A stretch of 64,000 bases of DNA from Trueperaceae bacterium (GTDB lineage Bacteria; Deinococcota; Deinococci; Deinococcales; Trueperaceae). A program made the position numbers and the translations under genes. This document shows positions 39,520-46,912 of this stretch, one piece after another. Position 1 is the first letter of the stretch. Each line of letters starts with the position of its first letter. The stretch is taken from positions 4,096,001-4,160,000 of the forward strand of contig OZ243913.1 of assembly GCA_965213705.1 (NCBI GenBank), written 5' to 3'. Below the pieces are notes generated by a model, which saw only the letters and a program-made list of their open reading frames with translations, did no database searches and had not been told where the DNA came from.

Positions 39520-39543
39520 AGCCTCGTTGGAAGCTCGTTGGAA
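39520..39543 (+). promoter_or_regulatory. 11-bp-period direct repeat TCGTTGGAA upstream of cas4
   Basis: AGCCTCGTTGGAAGCTCGTTGGAA; 10 nt before TACGCT. Confidence 0.7.
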
Positions 39544-39600
39544 CGCCGTCGTTTACGCTTGTCTCGAGCCCGAGACGCCTATCCGATGTACGGAGGTTCT

Positions 39601-40161
39601 ATGGAATATTTGCCCATCAGCAAAATCAACACGGTCGTTTTTTGCCCGCGCCGCTACTACATCGAGCAGCTTTTGGCGGACACCGTGACGAACTATCACA
39701 TGACCGAGGGCACGGCGCTGCACGAGCGCACGGTGCGGACAGGCGAAGGCGTGTGGGTGTGGAGCAACTGCCTGGGCGTCAGCGGGATTATCGATCAGGT
39801 CGTACACGAGGACGGCGAGTGGGTCATCACCGAGTTCAAAAAGGGCTACCTCGGTGAGCACGAGAGCGACCGGGTGCAACTCTGCGCGCTCGCAGTTTGC
39901 TATGAGGAGGTTCACGGCGTGCATCTGAGTCACGGCTACATCTACTACCACCGCACCCGCAGGCGCAGCTTGGTCGAATACACACCCGAGCTGCGGCAGC
40001 GGGTCGAGGCGGCGGTCGCCCTGATGCGTAGGCTCGAGCAGCAAAGCCACTACCCGCCGGTCATCGACAACCCCAACAAATGCCAAGGGTGCAGCGTGCG
40101 CGAACCCTGCCAGCCGACGCTGACGCGCAGGCAGTTACCCCGCTGGAAGGGAGCAGTGTGA
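39601..40161 (+). CDS. cas4: CRISPR-associated Cas4
   Basis: FCPRR, G..LH, GIID, EFKKG, QLCA, CQGCSVREPC; GGAGG RBS. Confidence 0.95.
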   Translation: MEYLPISKINTVVFCPRRYYIEQLLADTVTNYHMTEGTALHERTVRTGEGVWVWSNCLGVSGIIDQVVHEDGEWVITEFKKGYLGEHESDRVQLCALAVCYEEVHGVHLSHGYIYYHRTRRRSLVEYTPELRQRVEAAVALMRRLEQQSHYPPVIDNPNKCQGCSVREPCQPTLTRRQLPRWKGAV

Positions 40162-41135
40162 TGGGTACGCTCTACGTTTTAGAACCTGACGTCTACCTGT
40201 CCAAAGACGGCGGCGTGCTGAAAGTTTCGCGCAGCAAGGGGCGGGAGGTGCTTCTCGAGCGCCCCCTGGCCCACGTGTCCGACGTGGTGATTTTGGGCCG
40301 GGCGACGGTCACTTCGTCGGCCCTTCAAGCCTGCGCCGAGCAGGGCACGGCGATTCACTACCTCACCCGCGGCGGCAAGTACGTGGCGCAGGTCGCCCCC
40401 GTCGAAAACAAAAACGTGCTGGTGCGCATCAAGCAGTACGAAGCGTACCTAAACCCCGAGTGGAAACACAGCTTGGCGCGGCGTTTTGTCGAGGGCAAGC
40501 TCGCCAACGCTATCGTCTTCGCGCGGCGGGGAGGCGCGGAGGTGGGCAGTTTGATGGCGCTCGTCAAACCTATCGCAAGGTGCGACAATACGGAAGCCTT
40601 GCGGGGGCTCGAGGGCAACGCCGCCCGGCTCTACTTCGGCCTCTTGAAAGACAAGTTCCCGGCAGCGTTCGCGCCCGAGTCGCGCAGTAAACGCCCGCCA
40701 CGCGACCGCGCCAACAGCTTGCTGTCGCTCGCCTACACCTTTTTAGCCAAAGAATGCCAGACGGCGGTCCGGGTGGCCGGGCTCGACCCGTATGTGGGCT
40801 ACCTGCACGAAGCCAAGTACGGCAAACCCGCCCTCGCCCTGGACCTGATGGAAGAGTTCCGCTCTATCATCGCCGACTCGGTGACGCTGACGCTCTTCAA
40901 CCGCGGCATGATTACCGAAGACATGTTCGAAGACGAGCGCGGCTATCCGACCCTGGCCGACGAAGGCTTCAAGCAGTTTTTACGAGCCTGGGAAGACCGC
41001 CTCAACCAACAGGTACACCACCCGTACCTCAAACAAAAGCTCGACTACCGGCAGGTGCTGGTGGCGCAGGCGCGCATTTTGGGCAAGCACCTCATGGGCG
41101 AACTGCCGGAGTATCTCCCCTTTACCGTGCGCTGA
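40161..41135 (+). CDS. cas1: CRISPR integrase Cas1
   Basis: RGLEGNAARLYF, NSLLSLAY, GLDPYVGYLH, LALDLMEEFR. Confidence 0.97.
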   Translation: MGTLYVLEPDVYLSKDGGVLKVSRSKGREVLLERPLAHVSDVVILGRATVTSSALQACAEQGTAIHYLTRGGKYVAQVAPVENKNVLVRIKQYEAYLNPEWKHSLARRFVEGKLANAIVFARRGGAEVGSLMALVKPIARCDNTEALRGLEGNAARLYFGLLKDKFPAAFAPESRSKRPPRDRANSLLSLAYTFLAKECQTAVRVAGLDPYVGYLHEAKYGKPALALDLMEEFRSIIADSVTLTLFNRGMITEDMFEDERGYPTLADEGFKQFLRAWEDRLNQQVHHPYLKQKLDYRQVLVAQARILGKHLMGELPEYLPFTVR

Positions 41136-41413
41136 TGTTTTACCTCGTCATCGCCTACGACACGCCCAGCGACAAGCGGCGCATCAAAATGGTGAAGCTC
41201 CTGAAGCGCTTCGGCGAGCGGCGGCAGTACAGCCTGTTCGAAGCGAGGGTCAGCCGCGACCAGTTGGCGACGTTGCAAACCTCGCTGGCTAAAATCGCCG
41301 ACGAAACCGAAGACACACTGGCGATTTACTTCTTGACACCGGAAAGTTTGCAGCGAACTTTCCGCATCGGCCACAGTGAGATAAAATCTTTAAGGGAGCC
41401 TGACTTTGTTTAG
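41135..41413 (+). CDS. cas2: CRISPR-associated Cas2
   Basis: VIAYD, RRQYSLFE. Confidence 0.95.
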   Translation: MFYLVIAYDTPSDKRRIKMVKLLKRFGERRQYSLFEARVSRDQLATLQTSLAKIADETEDTLAIYFLTPESLQRTFRIGHSEIKSLREPDFV

Positions 41414-41635
41414 CGAGCACCGGAGCACCGTTACGCAGAACGACTATGTCGGCGCTGGTTTTTGCGTCGCTCACGTAAACAGTGTTGCTTTATCAGCCCG
41501 CGGGGTGCTCGCAAGCGTCTACGACGGCAAAACTTCCTTTTTAAGCTTCACCCGACAAGCATTTGCTACACTGGCGGAGCGGGTTCTCGTGAAGGTGCTG
41601 CGAGGCTCGTCCAGTCGGCCCGAAAAACGCCCGCG
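41414..41635 (+). promoter_or_regulatory. CRISPR leader
   Basis: Non-coding region between cas2 and the first repeat; degenerate repeat is at the opposite end. Confidence 0.75.
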
Positions 41636-44016
41636 CTTGCAATAACTTCGAACCTCGTAGAGGATTGAAACACTCGAAGAGGAGGCCCGGATGGTTGACG
41701 GCTTCACTTGCAATAACTTCGAACCTCGTAGAGGATTGAAACACGCTCGAGGCGCAGCTCGTGGGACTCGACCTAAACTTGCAATAACTTCGAACCTCGT
41801 AGAGGATTGAAACTGCGTACCAGGTTTTCACAGCGCCACCGCCTCGACTTGCAATAACTTCGAACCTCGTAGAGGATTGAAACTCGTTGTACATCCATAC
41901 GCGCAACCGGTCACGCAACTTGCAATAACTTCGAACCTCGTAGAGGATTGAAACAACGGCGAGGGGGATGATGACCGTGCTGGCGAACACTTGCAATAAC
42001 TTCGAACCTCGTAGAGGATTGAAACTTCACCAAACCGGGTGCGACGTTGGAGATGTAGACTTGCAATAACTTCGAACCTCGTAGAGGATTGAAACACTCG
42101 ATTTTCTTTTTCGGATGGTTGACGGCTTCACTTGCAATAACTTCGAACCTCGTAGAGGATTGAAACTTTATACTAACACACGTAGGTTAGTAATGCAATA
42201 CTTGCAATAACTTCGAACCTCGTAGAGGATTGAAACTCAAAAGGAATGCCGAGCTGTTGAAGGATAGCTTGACTTGCAATAACTTCGAACCTCGTAGAGG
42301 ATTGAAACACTTTGTTGTAATCGTCAGCCGTCCAAACGACGTTCTTGCAATAACTTCGAACCTCGTAGAGGATTGAAACATGGATTCCCAGTCGAGAAGG
42401 CCGTGCGCCACGTCCTTGCAATAACTTCGAACCTCGTAGAGGATTGAAACGTTACTTACCGAGCTGTCCCGGCGCTCATGAGCCCGCTTGCAATAACTTC
42501 GAACCTCGTAGAGGATTGAAACTTATTGAAAAAGGTTCACCACAATGCGCACATGTTACTTGCAATAACTTCGAACCTCGTAGAGGATTGAAACCTGTTG
42601 GAAGAGAGGCTCGAGCTTCCAATCATCTTGCAATAACTTCGAACCTCGTAGAGGATTGAAACAGAGGGTTGAGGACGCTTAAACGGCCCGTGCCGCCTTG
42701 CAATAACTTCGAACCTCGTAGAGGATTGAAACACAGTAAAAACCCAAGTGGTATAGCCCCATCACCTCCTTGCAATAACTTCGAACCTCGTAGAGGATTG
42801 AAACTGGCGCAAGGTCGCCATGCAACTGTTTCAGGACAACTTGCAATAACTTCGAACCTCGTAGAGGATTGAAACCTTTTTGCTCGAGACAGGGACTACC
42901 TCACCATTGACTTGCAATAACTTCGAACCTCGTAGAGGATTGAAACAAAGTTGGACTACCGAGGTAAATACCTCGTCATCTCCTTGCAATAACTTCGAAC
43001 CTCGTAGAGGATTGAAACACCCACCGGGGCCGCATCGTCACCCTGAAAGAACTCTTGCAATAACTTCGAACCTCGTAGAGGATTGAAACAACTCTGTCCA
43101 ATAACTCACTGTTCACCTCCTGACACTTGCAATAACTTCGAACCTCGTAGAGGATTGAAACTTTGGACGTTGAACGTACTGCTGAGCATCGCCTTCCTTG
43201 CAATAACTTCGAACCTCGTAGAGGATTGAAACAATTTTACCTCAACGACAACCTGAAAATCATCCACTTGCAATAACTTCGAACCTCGTAGAGGATTGAA
43301 ACCCTTTGCCCCGCACGGTGGCCCGCTCGAAGGGGTTGCTTGCAATAACTTCGAACCTCGTAGAGGATTGAAACACAAGCTAACCCGGCTTAGCACGCTG
43401 CTCACGCTAACTTGCAATAACTTCGAACCTCGTAGAGGATTGAAACTCTTTTGGTACGGCCGCCTGCACATCCATGTTGAACTTGCAATAACTTCGAACC
43501 TCGTAGAGGATTGAAACGGCCTGCTATCGTAGCAAGCGAAGGCGGGGCCAGCTTGCAATAACTTCGAACCTCGTAGAGGATTGAAACATAGCTCAGTACG
43601 ACGTGACCAACGGCGTTTGGAAACTTGCAATAACTTCGAACCTCGTAGAGGATTGAAACCTCAGAGATGAGTTTCATCCCCAACTCTTTCCCGGCGTCTT
43701 GCAATAACTTCGAACCTCGTAGAGGATTGAAACAGCGTCCAGAGATTCGCCGGAGACGCGGCGTAGCCTTGCAATAACTTCGAACCTCGTAGAGGATTGA
43801 AACTCGACACCCTTACGAATCGCTAGATTCTCGGTGTCTCTTGCAATAACTTCGAACCTCGTAGAGGATTGAAACCGGGACAGTCTTTACGCGGCGCTCG
43901 CCACGGCAACCCTTGCAATAACTTCGAACCTCGTAGAGGATTGAAACGAGACGTCGCCGTTCCAGGCGGCGATGACCATGCTTGCAGTAACTTCGAACCT
44001 CGTAGAGGATTGGAAT
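41636..44016 (+). CRISPR. CRISPR array: 34 repeats (CTTGCAATAACTTCGAACCTCGTAGAGGATTGAAAC, 36 nt), 33 spacers of 32-38 nt
   Basis: Counted by hand; last repeat degenerate (CTTGCAGT...GGATTGGAAT); 3' ATTGAAAC handle gives + orientation. Confidence 0.98.
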
Positions 44017-44035
44017 GAATCGGTACAGGCCAATC

Positions 44036-44719
44036 TCACAATCCATGCACTCCAACCTCGGTAGCGTGAACTTCGCGGCGCACCGCTTTCTGAAGTTCAG
44101 GGTAGTTGCTACCTTCTTGTTGTCCGTTCACAAATACGGCAGGTACATGTTTTATTCTGAATTGGTCGGCTAGCGCCTTATCGGCCTCGACTGCCGCCTC
44201 ACCCTTTCGCGTGTTTATGCACATTTCTAATTCTGTGATATTGATGTCCGCGAGAGCTTCACTTTCGGCGGCTTTTATAAGTCGTTCGGGCGTCGCCCAC
44301 CCTTGAAGAGGGCGCTGCAACTCAAAAACGGCGCGCGTGTACGGCCAAAAAGCCTTTGGATTTTGCTGATAAACGCATTCCGTAGCCACCGCCGCTGTGT
44401 AGGAACCCTCGCTCATGAACGGGTTGTGCAGGTAAATGATGCTTACTTGACCTGAATTGACAAACTCGCGCTCGAGCTTTGGCAACACCTCACGCTCAAA
44501 GTCGCGGCAGTGGGGACACTGAAAGTCAGAAAAGACCACGATAGAAACGGGGGCATCCGCACGTCCGAGTATTGGCCGGTGCGACAGCTCGAGGTTTGCC
44601 GGAAGTACAAGCGGTGGTTCTGGCACTAAGCGCGGAACCAGCAACCAACTGAGAACGGCAAGATAAAGAACTATAAACCCGAGAAGCCAACGCGGTAAGG
44701 GGCGCAGCAGAGGTTTCAC
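44036..44719 (-). CDS. DsbA/BdbD-family thiol-disulfide oxidoreductase, membrane-anchored
   Basis: SDFQCPHC, cis-Pro HVPAVFVNG, N-terminal TM. Confidence 0.9.
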   Translation of the reverse strand: MKPLLRPLPRWLLGFIVLYLAVLSWLLVPRLVPEPPLVLPANLELSHRPILGRADAPVSIVVFSDFQCPHCRDFEREVLPKLEREFVNSGQVSIIYLHNPFMSEGSYTAAVATECVYQQNPKAFWPYTRAVFELQRPLQGWATPERLIKAAESEALADINITELEMCINTRKGEAAVEADKALADQFRIKHVPAVFVNGQQEGSNYPELQKAVRREVHATEVGVHGL

Positions 44720-45690
44720 GCTGCCCCCGCCAGCCACCGACCGCGCGGCTTTTTACCCATCAAGACACTGTCGACAGCTTCCTCGAGGTTCTCGAAATAG
44801 TAAAGTTGACCCTTACCGCGCACTTCCACGGCGGCGCTAAAAACCGGGAGAGACAAGCGGCGTTGTTGCGCTGTGTCGAGACCGCCCAGCAGCGGCACCA
44901 GGTCGGGGTTATGCACGACCTTCGCCAGCGTTCTTCCGTGTACCGTGGCAACCATTTTCACACCACGCTGCACGATGGTGACGGCGTTTTCAACATCCCG
45001 TCGGTAGCCCAACTCGTCAATGACGAGGCACTCGGGGCCGTGGTTCGCGAGCGCTTCCATAAGCACTTTGGCTTGCAATGAGGGGTCGGGAACCTGCAAG
45101 CGCCGGGCAGCGGCAAGGCCGGGATGGGACGTTTTACCATCGCCGCCGATTTCGTTGCTGGTATCGACTACGACCACCTTCGGGCCTTGGGCCTCGGCCA
45201 GGATGCGAACAACGTCTCTTAGCAGGGTCGTCTTGCCCGCACCGGGCGGACCGATGAGCATAAGGCTCTCGTCACCGCTCAGCAGCACCTCGCGTAGCGG
45301 TTCGGCCACCCCGACGAGAAAGCGCCCTAGCCGTATCGTCGCTCCGGTAATTTCGCCGTAGCGGTCACGGATGGCGCTGATGCGGTGAAGGGTGCCCTCG
45401 AGCCCCGCGCGGTTGTCCTCGCGAAAACCCCCGAGGCGGTGGATGAGGTAGTGGAGGTCGTCTTTGCCGACACAGCGCGAGTAGCGCCGGTAGCTGTTCG
45501 CGCAACTGAGAGTCAAAGGTCGGCCCAAGTCGAGCGCGAGTTCTTCCAACCCGTCCAGGTTTTCTTCAGCGGCCTCTTGAATCCAGGCGGGGAGGACACG
45601 AAGAAGAGCCTCGAGGCCGTCAATAGCTTCACTTTGCACAGCGGGCGGTTTACTCAGTAGTACTGACACGCCGTCGCCTAAGGGATTCAT
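44716..45690 (-). CDS. Ycf45/SpoIIIAA-like AAA ATPase
   Basis: LHRISAIR, GPPGAGKTTLLRD, VDTSNEIGGDG, IDELG. Confidence 0.88.
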   Translation of the reverse strand: MNPLGDGVSVLLSKPPAVQSEAIDGLEALLRVLPAWIQEAAEENLDGLEELALDLGRPLTLSCANSYRRYSRCVGKDDLHYLIHRLGGFREDNRAGLEGTLHRISAIRDRYGEITGATIRLGRFLVGVAEPLREVLLSGDESLMLIGPPGAGKTTLLRDVVRILAEAQGPKVVVVDTSNEIGGDGKTSHPGLAAARRLQVPDPSLQAKVLMEALANHGPECLVIDELGYRRDVENAVTIVQRGVKMVATVHGRTLAKVVHNPDLVPLLGGLDTAQQRRLSLPVFSAAVEVRGKGQLYYFENLEEAVDSVLMGKKPRGRWLAGAA

Positions 45691-46180
45691 AAAGGTTCAA
45701 CACCTCCTCGACGTAAGCTTGCGTTTCTTCGAAGGGTGGCACACCGCCGTAGCGTTGCACCGCCCCGGCCCCGGCGTTATAAGCCGCTAGGGCAAGTGTC
45801 CAGTCGCCGAAGTCGTCGTATCGTTCACGCAGGTACTTGGCTGTACCCCACAAGTTTTGGTCTATGTCTTTAGGGTCTACACACAGTTCGGCCGCCGTAA
45901 GGGGCATGAGCTGACCGAGGCCCAAGGCACCCTTCGGGCTTACCGCTGTTGGACAGAATCTCGATTCGGCCCAAACAAGCGCTACCATCAGGTCGGGCTC
46001 GAGGCCGAAGCTGCGGGCGTAGTGTTCGGTTAGGCTTACCAATTCCGGAGTTGCACAGACTGAGGCTAGCGCGAAGGTGGCGGTCAACATCACAAAAGCC
46101 GAGATGCAATACTTCAGCACCCGTTGAAACTTTACCCAGCAGCTGGCAAAAGAACGTCTACAAATTGTTTCAGTAGTCAT
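45650..46180 (-). CDS. Lytic transglycosylase (VirB1-like)
   Basis: AES.F...AVSPKGA.GL.QLMP, LAAYNAG, ETQAYV. Confidence 0.92.
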   Translation of the reverse strand: MTTETICRRSFASCWVKFQRVLKYCISAFVMLTATFALASVCATPELVSLTEHYARSFGLEPDLMVALVWAESRFCPTAVSPKGALGLGQLMPLTAAELCVDPKDIDQNLWGTAKYLRERYDDFGDWTLALAAYNAGAGAVQRYGGVPPFEETQAYVEEVLNLYESLRRRRVSTTE

Positions 46181-46400
46181 CCTTTTGTCCTCTCGTGAGG
46201 TGCCGCCGAACGCGCCGGAGTTCATCCAACAGTTGCACCGCGAGGTACAGCAGCGCCACACCCCCAAAGAAGAGCAGGCCGAGGGACACGCCGCCGGGGT
46301 TGCCGGTGCTTAAAAACGCGAGCCCGGCGACAAAATACGCTGTTCCAAGGGCAATAGAGAGAGAGCGGACGAGTCGCGTCTTGAGTTTGCTACGGTTCAC
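46170..46400 (-). CDS. Small two-TM membrane protein
   Basis: Two hydrophobic segments; overlaps neighbours. Confidence 0.6.
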   Translation of the reverse strand: MNRSKLKTRLVRSLSIALGTAYFVAGLAFLSTGNPGGVSLGLLFFGGVALLYLAVQLLDELRRVRRHLTRGQKDDY

Positions 46401-46912
46401 GGTTGTCCTCCTGTTGGTGCAGGAATGGTGGGCTCGTAAAGGGCGGCGTCGCGGAAGGCTCCATAGAACCAGGTGATCACCCGGTCTACATCGTTTGAAC
46501 TGCGGGTTTGGGTCGTTTCTTCAACCTGCGGTGTCGCCTCGAGCGCCGCGAGGAGCGGCCCACTGACCAACCACTGTCGATCCACGACCAGATAACTCTC
46601 TGCCACTGGGGCAAGGCGCACCCTTGCGCCGGCGAGACGCAAACTCATAATGTACGATGCGCGGCTGTCGGCGGCGTCGGGAGAGACGAGGAGATAGACG
46701 GCTATACCACGAACCACCATCGCCTCGCGCAACGCTTCGGCTAACGGGTGCGAGAGCAGCACAGGTGTGACGAAAAGAATTTCGTTCGTGGCAGACGCTA
46801 TTAGTCGCGCTACTTCATCCTGGGTGGTTACAGGAGACGCTGCACCTGTCACATCTTGGCCCCAAACCCAGCCAATAAGCATCGTCATTAACACAACTCC
46901 TAGCCGCTGCAT
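46397..46912 (-). CDS. Secreted protein with a degenerate PLD-like fold
   Basis: Signal peptide; LIASATNEI...ALREA..RGI.V.L...YLVVD...GP, lacking HKD. Confidence 0.55.
   Translation of the reverse strand: MQRLGVVLMTMLIGWVWGQDVTGAASPVTTQDEVARLIASATNEILFVTPVLLSHPLAEALREAMVVRGIAVYLLVSPDAADSRASYIMSLRLAGARVRLAPVAESYLVVDRQWLVSGPLLAALEATPQVEETTQTRSSNDVDRVITWFYGAFRDAALYEPTIPAPTGGQP

Noticed and set aside
41672..42130. DGR mutagenesis as the cause of the spacer 1/7 difference
   Set aside because: On the reverse strand nine of ten changes are at A, but one G also changes, all core As change and flanking As do not; does not fit well, though not excluded
41636..44016. Self-targeting spacers within the window
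   Set aside because: None found by eye; an alignment is needed to exclude them
41462..44055. ORFs across the CRISPR array
   Set aside because: Translations of repeats (FQSSTRFEVIA, CNNFEPRRGLK), not genes
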